From contig CAVSSM010000001.1 in the NCBI GenBank assembly GCA_963730605.1, positions 416,001 through 480,000 on the forward strand: a DNA stretch of 64,000 bases. The letters run 5' to 3'. How positions within the stretch are numbered: position 1 is the stretch's first letter; every line of letters starts with the position of its first letter. The stretch is from an uncultured Chlamydiae bacterium. GTDB lineage: Bacteria; Chlamydiota; Chlamydiia; Chlamydiales; SM23-39. Both the position numbers and the translations under genes were made by a program. Below are positions 30,774 through 40,952 of the stretch, one piece after another. Below the pieces are notes generated by a model that ran no database searches, was not told the origin of the DNA, and was given only the letters and a program-made list of their open reading frames with translations.

Positions 30774-32364
30774 TAACCTGAGTTTTGGGTTCATTTGCCT
30801 GAGCTTCAATTTCTTTCGGCATCTTTTTGACTTTTCGCCTCGGCAAGATGCTCGTCCCGATATTGCTCTCGGCTCCAAAGCGCAAAAATATGCTCGAAAT
30901 ATCCTTGAATCTCATAGACTCGACTTTGTACAATTTTTGGCGAGCAGATCCAGGGCGAGCGCATCAAAAAAACAGCATTTTTCTAGTCCGTACCTCCCTA
31001 CTTTATTGACTGTTGAGTAAAAATTTTACGATCATAGACGCCTTTTTCAGGAGGCACTATGATTCAAGCAACCAACATTAGCATTTACATCGAGATGATT
31101 CCCGATCCACGAACCTGTCGGTTGGACCACGACTTCGTTGGTATTGTGACGATTGCGTTACTGGCCAAGATTTGTGGCGCTGAGGGATGGGAAGATATGG
31201 AGGAATTTGGGTTAAGCCGTATCGATTGGCTCCAATCCTTCCTCGAGTTACGAGCTGGTATCCCATCACCAGACACCTTTCGGCGGGTTATTTGCCACAT
31301 TGATCCGACCGCATTTCTAGAGGCATTCTTGGAATGGATTAAAGCGGTACAGAACATCGTTCCTGAATTGATAAATATAGATGGGAAGACTCTCCGATCT
31401 GCGTCAAAACGAGGAGAACACTCCCTCCATATTGTCTCTGCCTGGTGTGATAAAAACCATATGGTTTTGGGACACCTTCGCAATGATTCCAAGTCCAATG
31501 AGGTCAAGGCGATCCCCGAGTTGCTCAAGCAACTGGTGTTGCCGGAAGGTAGCATCGTCACGATAGACGCAGCAGGCACACAGAAAAATATCGCCAGTCA
31601 GATACGCGATATGGGAGCGGATTATGTATTAGCCCTGAAGGCAAATCAACCCACCCTTCAGGATGAAGTGGCGAATTATTTCGACCAGGCAGCAGAGGCC
31701 GGAGATGAATATGCACCGTTGAACATTTTTCAAACGGAGGAGAGAGGTCATGGACGAATGGAGTTCAGAAAGATTTATGCGACGGATGATTTGGACTGGT
31801 TGCCTCAGAAGAACGAGTGGGTGGGCCTACGGTCTATCATCAAATTAGACTCGGTGAGATGGGCAGAGGGCAAAAGACAACAGGAAATCAAGTATTACAT
31901 CAGCAGTTTACCACCCGAAGCGGAAACCCTCTCTCGTGTGATTAGAGGGCATTGGAGCATTGAGAGCAGATGTCATTGGGTATTGGATGTGGTATTCGCC
32001 GAAGATCGCAATCCGATAGTAGAAGGGCACGCTCCAGAAAATCTGAGGGCTGTGAACTTGTTAGCGGCAAAAATGTTGAAAGAGGAAAAATCGTGTAGAA
32101 AGGGCATTAGAGCCAAACGGTTTAAGGCGGCGCTTGATAATGACTACCTACACAGGGTGTTGCTGGCCGCTAACTTTTGATGCGCTCGCCCTGGAGCAGA
32201 TCCAGAGGAAGCGCTCTGCAATTTTTTTCTTTTTTTGCGAAATTCATAGCCGAAGGCACTATTTATGAGCAAAAAAAGGAAAAAAGGGCCAGCGATTCTC
32301 TCGGAGATGCCGTCACAAAATTGTACAAAGTCGAGATAGACAAATGAACCCAAAACTCAGGTTA
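30774..32364. mobile_element. MITE of ~340 bp interrupted by ISAs1
   Basis: 24-bp perfect IR TAACCTGAGTTTTGGGTTCATTTG (30774-30797 / 32341-32364) and inner IR TCGACTTTGTACAATTTT. Confidence 0.75.
30951..32193 (+). mobile_element. ISAs1-family IS, transposase 31059..32180
   Basis: TIR CAGGGCGAGCGCATCAAAA, 9-bp duplication GAGCAGATC; IDGKTLR, VTIDAAG, RGHWSIESRCHWVLDV. Confidence 0.96.
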
Positions 32365-32383
32365 TTATTCCCGATTCTTCAAG

Positions 32384-33694
32384 TTATTTCGGTATATTTT
32401 TAGCAAGTCCTACTATTATCACAGGAAGGACAACAGCCCAAATGGTAGCTCCACCAGCGATTACCTTAACGGTTGTCAGTAGTCCATCGAATGTGGCAAA
32501 GCTTAATCTAAACATGGCGCCATATGCTGCTAACCACTGATCAGGAGGCGCTGGTTTAGACAACCCACCGACGCATTTGGCAGAGCGCCATACGGTGGCA
32601 ATCCGATCAAACAAACCGCCTAAACCGCCAAATACAGCTAAAAAGGTTTTCGGATTTTGCTCTACTACGTTCCCTATTGGGTTATTGCCTAAAGAACGGC
32701 CGATGAATCTTCCAAACTCGGACGATTGCTGCTCAATGAATGACACGGCACTGCTTCCGAACTGCAGGGCGGCATGCTCTGAAACGGTGTCGACTTCATC
32801 ATTGAGCGCATCGGTCAAGCTAGTCTGGTCAACATATGACTTACCTAAAGATGTAAAATTCCACTTGGCCAATCTATACCGCTCGTGATTGAAAAATCGG
32901 TTTTGGTGCGACGCCCCACCCCAAAAATGATGCGTTTTTGGGGACCCCGGCGGCAGCGGCTTTGACTCAGATTTTTCATCTTCGCTTCCGAGGCAATTCG
33001 CTGCGCTCGTCTGCTCTGCACTGCGAAGGTCCACTGGACCTTTTCGTGTTTCCGCAGCCTTGCCTTTGGCAAGGTCGATTTCATCAACGGGCTGGGCTGT
33101 CATTTTCGTTGGAACACTCGTAGGAGTATCTATCGACGTTGAGGGCGGAGAACCGATTAAGCCCTGGTTATCAATAAAGCTAGAGGTATTACCCCAACAT
33201 GGACCCTCTTGGTCTCCAGACCCTACCAGCGGTTCTAGTCTTTGCTGTGGCTGTTGTGGCTGCTGCAGTTGTTGCATTTGCGTGCCGCGGGTCAGTGCGG
33301 AAAAGAAATTGCCAAATTTAAAGCCGAGAGCTACTGCGAATGCACCGGCAGTGAGGGCTGTATAAAAAAACGGCGTGACCCATAAAGGGATGCCCTTCGC
33401 TTTTGAAAAAAGAGCGTTGACTCTAGCTGTCAACCCCTCTAAATCGTTTTTGTGAGCCTGATGTGCGCGATAAAGTGTTCGAGTGAGTTCTGCCTTGCCG
33501 ATTGCGATGCTGTCTTTATTTAACGCTTCCATGAGGATACGGAGTTTGGCCGCAGTCTGATTCAAGTCGACTCTTTCTCCCCCTTCCGCCTTAGCGATGT
33601 CGGCTTGGATAAGAGCAGCTAGCTGCGCTCTCTCCGCATAGCTTTCTGGTGTTAAAGCAAATCCTTTAATTGCTTTTTGGATGGATGATGACAT
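32384..33694 (-). CDS. Putative membrane effector, paralog 1 (contains an in-frame MITE)
   Basis: Shared N-domain SYAERAQ...[10 protein letters not shown]...AHQAHK, TM helix, hydrophobic C-terminus. Confidence 0.75.
   Translation of the reverse strand: MSSSIQKAIKGFALTPESYAERAQLAALIQADIAKAEGGERVDLNQTAAKLRILMEALNKDSIAIGKAELTRTLYRAHQAHKNDLEGLTARVNALFSKAKGIPLWVTPFFYTALTAGAFAVALGFKFGNFFSALTRGTQMQQLQQPQQPQQRLEPLVGSGDQEGPCWGNTSSFIDNQGLIGSPPSTSIDTPTSVPTKMTAQPVDEIDLAKGKAAETRKGPVDLRSAEQTSAANCLGSEDEKSESKPLPPGSPKTHHFWGGASHQNRFFNHERYRLAKWNFTSLGKSYVDQTSLTDALNDEVDTVSEHAALQFGSSAVSFIEQQSSEFGRFIGRSLGNNPIGNVVEQNPKTFLAVFGGLGGLFDRIATVWRSAKCVGGLSKPAPPDQWLAAYGAMFRLSFATFDGLLTTVKVIAGGATIWAVVLPVIIVGLAKNIPK
32875..33095. 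mobile_element. IS630-type MITE inserted in frame
   Basis: Left end TATACCGCTCGTGATTGAAAA matches the IS at 10831/41954; imperfect inverted end CGATTTCATCAACGGGCTGG; internal hairpins; related relic at 59897-59950. Confidence 0.8.
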
Positions 33695-33721
33695 ATGCTT
33701 TTTTCTTCTCAAAGATGCAAT

Positions 33722-33751
33722 GTTGTACCGCACACAAACAAAAAATAGCAA
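33722..33751 (-). promoter_or_regulatory. Sigma70/66-type promoter of paralog 1
   Basis: TTGCTA-N18-TACAAC; conserved upstream of all three paralogs. Confidence 0.55.
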
Positions 33752-33770
33752 TAAAAAAAACTCCAGTTTA

Positions 33771-33832
33771 GAGGGTGTCTACAAATCAAAAGAACCGAAA
33801 AATCGACAGAACCTCACATGGTAGACACCCTC
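33771..33832. mobile_element. 62-bp MITE (IS5-like)
   Basis: TIR GAGGGTGTCTAC, TTA duplication; inverted sister copy at 54387. Confidence 0.85.
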
Positions 33833-33865
33833 TTACGTAAATAAATCAGAGAAGTGAAATTCTTC

Positions 33866-35449
33866 CTAAAGCAAAACTTGTCGATACTGCTTCGCGAGAT
33901 GTAAGAAACGGCTCCATTTTTTCGAAGGGTCATCATGCCCTTTTTCCAAAACGGCCAAAGCGTCATAAAAAAGATAAGGGTAGGCCATTTCTTCCAAAAG
34001 CTCCACTTCCGCTAAATGGACCGATCCCCGTTTGATCCCGGCAAGAACTTCAAGGTGCTCGACGATCCGGTCTAAGCTATGGCTTAGCTCCTCCATTTTT
34101 TTGATGGTAATCTCCCGGGTATTGGCTGGCATGGGCGCGGCGTAGATTTCATCGTGCACCTTGCCCCTCAAAGAAAACCCTAAATCGGGAAAAGAGGCGA
34201 TCGCCTCTTGTAATGGACTAAAGGGAATTTTCTGAAAGCCGATCCCCCCTTCCGTTGTGTTCAAAAACGTCACTTCAGGGTGAGATGCCGCAAAATCGGA
34301 AAAGGCCGAGGATTCCATGAGCCAACGGACTGCGGTGTAGATGGGTTTGCCGTTTCTATCTTTCCCTTTCATGATTTTGTCTGCCGCCCCGCACTCTTCT
34401 TCTAAATCTACGCACTCTTCCGCAACTCCCTCTGCATACCGTTTGCCATCCGTATAAGCTAAGTCGACGCCGCTCAAAAGAATCGGGTTGCAGCCGAGGA
34501 AGTGGGCCCAGGCAAGACAGATGGAGGTCACCGAAAGAGCGTCGCTTGTGAGACCTGCTCCTATCAGCGGATCAAAGAGGCCAAGCTCTTCTTCCATCCA
34601 CAGCTCCGGGACCCCGCCGATGCCGCTCCTCATATAGCCAAAGGGACCGTTGGCCGTTTGGAAGATCGCCGGGATAACTCTCGTCGAATAAAGAAGCGGC
34701 ACCTCGAAGGCAAAGCTATTCCTGAGACGCCGGTATTCCTCGAGGTTCGGATCGACCGCCATCCCGAAATGGGGATTGATCCCCTGAGAGCTCAACGCTG
34801 CAAGCGTCGAGCCTCCGGCGATGATGAGCGCCCTATTCTCCAATGTACGCAAAAGCGAAGTTGCCGTCGTGAGGGATGGCCCCGCGCCGCAAACGATCGC
34901 TGGCGTGCCGCGGAATCTGTCAGAAAGCTTGTTCGCATAAAAGGAAGAAGGAAGATGGCGGAGATTGCGGACGAAATTTTGAAAGGGCTGAAAGCCATGG
35001 AGCCGGTCCATATAGACCGCGTGTGAAAAAGCGGCCTTTCGCAAAATCTCCTCCTTGAGTGCCTTGTGTCCTCCCTTGGATGGCAATGCGGCAAAAGCGA
35101 CGCTACAGAAGGGATAGCTTTGAGCCAAATCATCTAAGTTCGAGGGCTTTCCCAAAACAACCTGGCTGTCTTCTAAAATTTTTCCGGCCTCTTCGGAGTG
35201 AAGGAAGCTGGCGATCTTCGCCAAATCGTCTTCAAGAAAAATCAACCGGCGAGAGGGGCTTTCCCGCAGCCATTTTGCGGCTATGGTGTAGGCCTCTCCT
35301 TGTCCAATCCCGTAAACATAAAGCACCTCGGCACCTTTTAGAAGAAAAGGTTTGAGGTCCTCTTTTTTTCCAGATCCCTGAACACGAGGAATCTCGAGGG
35401 CAAGCTGGGGGAATTTTTCCATGAGAAGGGAGTAATTCTTTTCAAACAT
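33866..35449 (-). CDS. DUF115 / Maf-like (MptE-like domain) protein
   Basis: PAIVCGAGPSL, ALIIAGGS, VDP, GCNPILLSGVDLAY, NTTEGG. Confidence 0.85.
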   Translation of the reverse strand: MFEKNYSLLMEKFPQLALEIPRVQGSGKKEDLKPFLLKGAEVLYVYGIGQGEAYTIAAKWLRESPSRRLIFLEDDLAKIASFLHSEEAGKILEDSQVVLGKPSNLDDLAQSYPFCSVAFAALPSKGGHKALKEEILRKAAFSHAVYMDRLHGFQPFQNFVRNLRHLPSSFYANKLSDRFRGTPAIVCGAGPSLTTATSLLRTLENRALIIAGGSTLAALSSQGINPHFGMAVDPNLEEYRRLRNSFAFEVPLLYSTRVIPAIFQTANGPFGYMRSGIGGVPELWMEEELGLFDPLIGAGLTSDALSVTSICLAWAHFLGCNPILLSGVDLAYTDGKRYAEGVAEECVDLEEECGAADKIMKGKDRNGKPIYTAVRWLMESSAFSDFAASHPEVTFLNTTEGGIGFQKIPFSPLQEAIASFPDLGFSLRGKVHDEIYAAPMPANTREITIKKMEELSHSLDRIVEHLEVLAGIKRGSVHLAEVELLEEMAYPYLFYDALAVLEKGHDDPSKKWSRFLHLAKQYRQVLL

Positions 35450-35936
35450 AGATGAGCTTTTTCCCATCCCAGCGGCCCTCTTTTTCGGTCCAAATCCTTT
35501 GATTGCAGTCCCATGTTTTTTCAAAATAGGCATCGCCCTTCCAAATGCCTTCAAAGTGTAGCTGTCCCAATTCATCCCACTGGCGAAAATGGAAACGGAC
35601 CGAGTCGATATATCCGATCTCCTCGATCAAATTTCCTTTCATGCTCCAGCGGCGGTGCGTATTGTTTGGCCTACCCATTTCATAGCTTCCCTCATCAACA
35701 AGCTGCCCGCCATCCGTCCACATCTGGTCGAGCCCATGTCGGATCCCATTTTGGAAGCTGGACTTTCTCTTCAGCTGACCGTTTGGCCAATAAAGGTGCG
35801 CCTCTCCATGCAGTTTGCCGTCAAGGTAGGTCTCAAAAGTCTTTGGCCTCCCATCCTCGTAAAAATAGGCCCTGGCCGCCTCATTGATATTGGCATACAA
35901 GGCGCCGCTCGGATAATATAGCTTACTCGATGGCAT
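35442..35936 (-). CDS. MORN-variant (YwqK-like) repeat protein
   Basis: GKLHGEAHLYWPNGQLK, GIRHGLDQMWTDGGQL repeats. Confidence 0.8.
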   Translation of the reverse strand: MPSSKLYYPSGALYANINEAARAYFYEDGRPKTFETYLDGKLHGEAHLYWPNGQLKRKSSFQNGIRHGLDQMWTDGGQLVDEGSYEMGRPNNTHRRWSMKGNLIEEIGYIDSVRFHFRQWDELGQLHFEGIWKGDAYFEKTWDCNQRIWTEKEGRWDGKKLIYV

Positions 35937-37281
35937 TGAGATGCTCCTGGATGACTTGTTGAAAAAATATGAGTCGGTTGATCTTGATTTTGTCCGGGTG
36001 GGGATCCGATTCGAGCGCGCGTAAAAAAACGGGGCTCCATATGCGCCAAAGAGGCAAAAGAAGCGTCTCGTAGGCTCTTTCCCCTTCAAAATCTTCCTCT
36101 TCCTCGAAGAGGGCGCCGGATGCGATCTTTCTACACTTCTCCAGGCTCTTCTTCCAGCTTTCCCAATCCATCGAAGAGGCGTGGGGAAGCGCCATGACCG
36201 CTTTATGCGCGATTTCCCTTAAATCCATTTTCTTTTCGATAGAGACCTTGCTGAGCTCTATGGGCTGAATGGGCAAGGCAAATCCCAACCCCCCTTCCGT
36301 CGCATCGAAGAAACGGCGCTCCGGGTGCCTCTTGGCCCATGCCTCCATCCACTGTTTGGCCATCAGCCAATCGGGCTGGGTCCAGACTTTGCTTCCATCC
36401 GAGGCTGCAGCCACGACCAAGTTCGTAAGGCCGCTCTCCTCCCCTCCCGCATACTTTCGCCCTCCCTTGTAGCAGTAGTCCATCCCCACAAGGATGATGG
36501 GATCGCAGCCCATGAGCGTGGCTAGGCTGACAAGGAAAGTCCCGACCGTCCATCCTCCATCGAATCCATCCCCTTCATTCAAAAACCGAAAATGGCTGTC
36601 TGGAAAAAGGATCGCTTCTCCATGGATGAGAGAAAAATTGTCGGGATTCATCCGGCTTTGAAAGCAAAAAGGGGTCTCCGAAAAAGGGTGCCGTTTGAAT
36701 TCACGGGTTGGCGCCTCCTTGTCGATCGAAGCGGCGAAATGGGGCTCGGCCTGAAGTCTATTTAGGGCGCTGCCTCCAGCGAAGATCAGAGCCTTATCTT
36801 GAAAGGACTGGAGCAAATGCCCATTTTTTTCCAGCGACGGCCCCGCGCCGACAATGATGGCAGGGATATGGGAAAATGAGCCTCGGAGCTTCATCCCATC
36901 GCGCACAGGGCGATTTTTTCTAAGGTAGGCATGCTTGGCGAGAAAGCATCCCCAATCGGCGGCATCGGAGAGGAGAAGATTCGCAGCGAGGTGAGCTTTT
37001 TCCAACTCTTTCCGAAAGAGGCGGGACGCCTCTTTTTTTCCTCCGACGACCTCCATCTTCAGAAACACGGCTTCCCACGCCGTCTCTAACGCCTGCTTTT
37101 CGATTTGGAGCGGGCTGTCGATGGATCTCCATTTCACTTGGGGATGCGGAGCCGGAGGAAGCGGCGAATCGATGAGAACAACCCGCCGCTCTTTTTTCTC
37201 GCCGACCCATTTTTTCGCCCATTTCCAATCCTTTCTTCCCGCCTCCATGAGGCAAAGAAACTCCACATCCGATAGGCTCAT
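35923..37281 (-). CDS. Second DUF115 / Maf-like protein
   Basis: PAIIVGAGPSL, ALIFAGGS, GCDPIILVGMD, DATEGG. Confidence 0.85.
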   Translation of the reverse strand: MSLSDVEFLCLMEAGRKDWKWAKKWVGEKKERRVVLIDSPLPPAPHPQVKWRSIDSPLQIEKQALETAWEAVFLKMEVVGGKKEASRLFRKELEKAHLAANLLLSDAADWGCFLAKHAYLRKNRPVRDGMKLRGSFSHIPAIIVGAGPSLEKNGHLLQSFQDKALIFAGGSALNRLQAEPHFAASIDKEAPTREFKRHPFSETPFCFQSRMNPDNFSLIHGEAILFPDSHFRFLNEGDGFDGGWTVGTFLVSLATLMGCDPIILVGMDYCYKGGRKYAGGEESGLTNLVVAAASDGSKVWTQPDWLMAKQWMEAWAKRHPERRFFDATEGGLGFALPIQPIELSKVSIEKKMDLREIAHKAVMALPHASSMDWESWKKSLEKCRKIASGALFEEEEDFEGERAYETLLLPLWRIWSPVFLRALESDPHPDKIKINRLIFFQQVIQEHLNAIE

Positions 37282-37689
37282 AGCGTCAATTGCTCCATAA
37301 GCTGGTCGAATCGAGGTAAAAAAGGGACCGAGGCGATTCCGTACAATTCCTGCCAAAATGTTTTGATCTCGTCCAAGCCGGCCAATGCGATAAAAGGAGC
37401 CCCGATCGCATCGTTGTAGCCTAGCACCTGCTTTTCGGCATCGGGCGTTAACTTTCCCGCCTTGCATTCGATGAGAAGAAGGGGCCTCATGCCAACAACA
37501 CCAGGAGTCAAGCAAAGGATATCGATCCGGCGGCTCAAACGAGGCAGAGCGAGGGAGGATATGTCTTTTTCCACGGCGATAAGTCCTTTGGGATAGCCGA
37601 GTTCATCGATCATTTTCCGGATCACGCGCTGCCGGATTTTTTCTTCGGGAGTCGCGGGGATGGATTTGCGGCGGATTGGATCGTAGAGT
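37278..37689 (-). CDS. HsdR N-terminal-domain (PD-(D/E)XK) protein; start unclear
   Basis: LYDPIRRK..ATPEEKIRQ, LGYPKGLIAVEK, RIDI, LIECKA, QVLGYN. Confidence 0.8.
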
Positions 37690-37699
37690 TTTTCGATAC

Positions 37700-38326
37700 T
37701 TATTGGATCTGCACCAGGCCGTAGTTGCGGTCTTCGCGCCGGTAGATCACCTTGAGCAACTGGTCCTCTTCCGAGCGGTAGATGAGGAAGGGATCGTCAG
37801 AAATTTCCATCTTCATCACTGCCTCGTCTTGGGTCAAAGTCTTGAGCGGCATCGTCTCTTTAGCAACGACCTCATGCATCAACTTGAGCCTTTCTTGGTT
37901 TTCCCGCGCATTTTCAGCCGTGATATCATCGTTGATCTCTTTGAGATCGTCTTGGAGCGGCTTGATCACATTGACATGGATATCGACCGTCGCGACATCT
38001 TTGGCCCGATGGGATTGGAGCTTGGTCTTATAACGGCGGACCAATTTGACGGTCCGGTCGGCTGCCTTGTCGATAGCGGAATAGATATTATCGGTGCTTG
38101 CTCCGACTTTAATGTGGAAATGGATGAAATTCATCAAGATCGAGCAGCTATGCTCGAGCTTTTGGGTGTCGAGGGTGACGGTGATGTCGATAATCTGGTC
38201 CGCGATCTTTTCGATCCGCGCGAGCTTTTCCCAAACATAGTTGCGGATCGCTTCCGTCACTTGGAAGTGTTTGCCTACCACATAAATAGTATAGCCTTCG
38301 TTTGCGAATTTGTCCGATTTGCCCAT
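37700..38326 (-). CDS. hpf: Long ribosome hibernation promoting factor
   Basis: GKHFQVTEAIRNYVWEKL, NIYSAIDKA, EAVMKME, VIYRREDRNYGLV. Confidence 0.92.
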   Translation of the reverse strand: MGKSDKFANEGYTIYVVGKHFQVTEAIRNYVWEKLARIEKIADQIIDITVTLDTQKLEHSCSILMNFIHFHIKVGASTDNIYSAIDKAADRTVKLVRRYKTKLQSHRAKDVATVDIHVNVIKPLQDDLKEINDDITAENARENQERLKLMHEVVAKETMPLKTLTQDEAVMKMEISDDPFLIYRSEEDQLLKVIYRREDRNYGLVQIQ

Positions 38327-38592
38327 ACCCATCCTTGCGCCCCAAAAATGCTGCCTTTTTGGGTTCCCCTTCTTTAGGAAACGAATATTAACAGGTCTTA
38401 ACCCGCATGCCAAGAGTTTTTCATTGATTGTTTCATGGATATAGTTGACTACCGCGTGCCATCATTGAGGAGCAAGGGGTGCCTATTGAGTTAGTAGAGA
38501 CAAAACTGACGGACGTGGAGCTAGCTCTCCTTAAGAAAAAGGCCTCTCAGAGAGAGGCCTTCAATGATAAACAAAAAATCCCGAAGGAAAAG

Positions 38593-40716
38593 TTAGCCGG
38601 CATAATAAAGGTAGCCGAGCCCCACGGCAGGAAGGGCAACAGCTCCGACCACAGCTCCGCCGAAGGCGTACGCTAGGACACCGCCTATGATTACACTTGT
38701 GCTCAAAGCAGTGCTCCGTGCCTGGTTGTATGCAGTGAACTTCGCCTTCTTGAAGGTCTTTGCGCTTTTATTCCCCCTCACCACTAGATTACTCGCTTGT
38801 GTACCCGCCGCTTCAGCTGCACGCCATACGTAGCCAACGCGTAAAGCCACACCGCTTCCACAGCCTAGGACTGCGCCTAGGATTGGCGTTTCTAAACCGG
38901 TCGCCATTTGCTTCATGCTCGTTCCAGCGGCGACTCCATAATTAACCACACCGGTCGCCATTTGCTTCATGCTCGTTCCAGCGGCGACTCCATAATTAAC
39001 CACACCGGTCGCCATTTGCTTCATGCTCGTTCCAGCGGCGACTCCATAATTAACCACACCGGTCGCCATTTGCTGAATGCTAGCGCGTGTTTCGTTCGGA
39101 ATCTTATTATAGCCAGCGATCATCAGCTGCGGCGTGTATCCGATGACAAGAGATGCAAGGCTTCGCTTGGTAAAGCCCGAGAGGCTTCGGAATCTAGGGA
39201 AGCAAGTCTGAAGTAGGTTGACTCCTTCAACCAATAGAGTAAACATTGGAGAAGTCGTGGGATACTGACTAATCCATTGGCCTACGGTTGGACTTACGGA
39301 TCGGCCCGTTTGGTTAATGAATCGGCCCGTATCGTTAAATCCTTGATCACAGAGAAAATTGCCAAGCCAATCCGCACTATTCTCACCCTTCTTACTGATT
39401 AAATTGCCAAACCGATCGATAGAGGACTCTACAAAATTTATTTTTTCTACTGCCCAATGTGTCTTCACTTGGGCATAGTCATATTCCTGAGATGCAGTGA
39501 TGATTTGCTCGGCAATTGTTGACTCATCTGGAGTTATCGTTCCATTCGAGGCTAGAGTTTTATTCCCGTGCAAACCTACAACGTCTTGAAAGTCCTTTCT
39601 TATTTGTGGCACGAACATCTTATAGATCGGATCTCGCACCGCATTCATTGCTAAAGGCTCGCAATGATTGATCCGTATCTGGTGTGCAACATATGCCTTA
39701 CCTAATAAAGATGTTTGCTGTTGGGCCACTGTACTTGGAATCAGATGAAGACATCTATCCCACAAGTCCCATGCTTGATTCAAAAGAAGATCTGTTCTGG
39801 TATTGCTTAATTGTTTAGAAACGTCTTTAAAAATGGGATCAAGGTCTATCTGGGATGAACTGAAATCGAGACGCTCTATGATAGCTGCGCCCAACTTTGA
39901 CACATCTTTTGTCGTTGCATCTACTGACAAAGGAAATAGAAGATCTAGACTAACATCAGCCGGCGTCGGCGTCGGAGTTGGTACTGGCGCTGGCGACTCT
40001 GGCGTTGGCGTCGGCGTCGGAGTTGGTACTGGCTCTGGCGATTTTGACGTTGGTGCCGGCGTCGGAGTTGGTACTGGCGCTGGCGACTTTGGCGTTGGTG
40101 CCGGCGTCGGAGTTGGTACTGGCGCTGGCGACTCTGGCGTTGGTGCCGGCGTCGGAGTTGGTACTGGCGCTGGCGACTCTGGCGTTGGTGTCGGCGTCGG
40201 AGTTGGTACTGGCGCTGGCGACTCTGGCGTTGGTGTCGGCGTCGGAGTTGGTACTGGCGCTGGCGAGTTTGGCGTTTTAGGTGGCTGCGGTTGCGGGCCG
40301 CCAGAGATCCTGGAAAAGATATAGCCAGAATTGTAAGCAAGAGCCAAGGTTCCTAGTGCTACCGCTCCGGCAACAAGGGCTTTATAAAAAATCGGTGTTG
40401 CCCATAAAGGGACGCTATTCGCTTTTAAAAAAAGAGTTTTGGTTCTAGCTGTCAACCCATGCAAATCTTCTTTATGAGCCTGATGTGCAGCCTGAAGTTT
40501 GCGGGTAAGTTTTGCTTTACCGATTGCGATGCTGTCTTTTTCCAATGCTTCCACGAGGGTATAGAGCTTCGCAGCAGTCTGATTCAAGTCGACTTTTTCG
40601 CCCCGTTCCGCCTTAGCGATATCGTCTTGGATACGAGTAGCTTGCTGCGCCCTTTCTGCATAGCTGTCTAGAGATAAAGAAAATTTTGTATCTGCTCTTT
40701 GTGTTGATGCTGACAT
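38593..40716 (-). CDS. Putative membrane effector, paralog 2, with Pro/Thr and 18-aa repeats
   Basis: Shared N-domain, TM, 7x 15-aa PT repeat, 3x [18 protein letters not shown], long hydrophobic C-terminal hairpin. Confidence 0.8.
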   Translation of the reverse strand: MSASTQRADTKFSLSLDSYAERAQQATRIQDDIAKAERGEKVDLNQTAAKLYTLVEALEKDSIAIGKAKLTRKLQAAHQAHKEDLHGLTARTKTLFLKANSVPLWATPIFYKALVAGAVALGTLALAYNSGYIFSRISGGPQPQPPKTPNSPAPVPTPTPTPTPESPAPVPTPTPTPTPESPAPVPTPTPAPTPESPAPVPTPTPAPTPKSPAPVPTPTPAPTSKSPEPVPTPTPTPTPESPAPVPTPTPTPADVSLDLLFPLSVDATTKDVSKLGAAIIERLDFSSSQIDLDPIFKDVSKQLSNTRTDLLLNQAWDLWDRCLHLIPSTVAQQQTSLLGKAYVAHQIRINHCEPLAMNAVRDPIYKMFVPQIRKDFQDVVGLHGNKTLASNGTITPDESTIAEQIITASQEYDYAQVKTHWAVEKINFVESSIDRFGNLISKKGENSADWLGNFLCDQGFNDTGRFINQTGRSVSPTVGQWISQYPTTSPMFTLLVEGVNLLQTCFPRFRSLSGFTKRSLASLVIGYTPQLMIAGYNKIPNETRASIQQMATGVVNYGVAAGTSMKQMATGVVNYGVAAGTSMKQMATGVVNYGVAAGTSMKQMATGLETPILGAVLGCGSGVALRVGYVWRAAEAAGTQASNLVVRGNKSAKTFKKAKFTAYNQARSTALSTSVIIGGVLAYAFGGAVVGAVALPAVGLGYLYYAG
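38897..39072. repeat. 54-bp tandem repeat, about 3.3 units
   Basis: ACCGGTCGCCATTTGCTTCATGCTCGTTCCAGCGGCGACTCCATAATTAACCAC repeated. Confidence 0.92.
39958..40272. repeat. 45-bp tandem repeat, about 7 units ([15 protein letters not shown])
   Basis: GGAGTTGGTACTGGC recurs every 45 bp. Confidence 0.92.
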
Positions 40717-40744
40717 GACATTTTTCTCCTTAAGATGTGGTGAG

Positions 40745-40774
40745 ATTGTACCACGTAAATGGCTAAAATAGCAA
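40745..40774 (-). promoter_or_regulatory. Sigma70/66-type promoter of paralog 2
   Basis: TTGCTA-N18-TACAAT with extended TG. Confidence 0.6.
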
Positions 40775-40952
40775 TAAAAAAAGAAATTCAAGGATCAAGG
40801 CATTCAGCTGTAATCGATTCCATTTTTGGGCAAAGAGAATATTAAAAATTTTTAAAGACGATGAGGGACTCGGAGAATGAGTGTATCGAAAAGCAAAGTG
40901 AAATTTATCCTTTAAGAGAAGGCGGTTCTACGAAAGCAGGTCGCGCGAGTAT

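Noticed and set aside
38405..38461. Sigma54 promoters upstream of hpf (TGGCAT/TGGCAC on the minus strand)
   Set aside because: No TTGC -12 element at the correct spacing.
38479..38676. 65-aa ORF divergent from hpf
   Set aside because: Overlaps the end of paralog 2 on the opposite strand and has no recognisable motif; unsupported.
38897..40272. Regular repeats as a possible CRISPR array
   Set aside because: Units are contiguous, in-frame coding repeats with no unique spacers, and no cas genes are present.
39803..40340. Gly/Val- and Arg/Gln-rich ORFs in alternative frames
   Set aside because: Shadow frames of the 45-bp Pro/Thr repeat.
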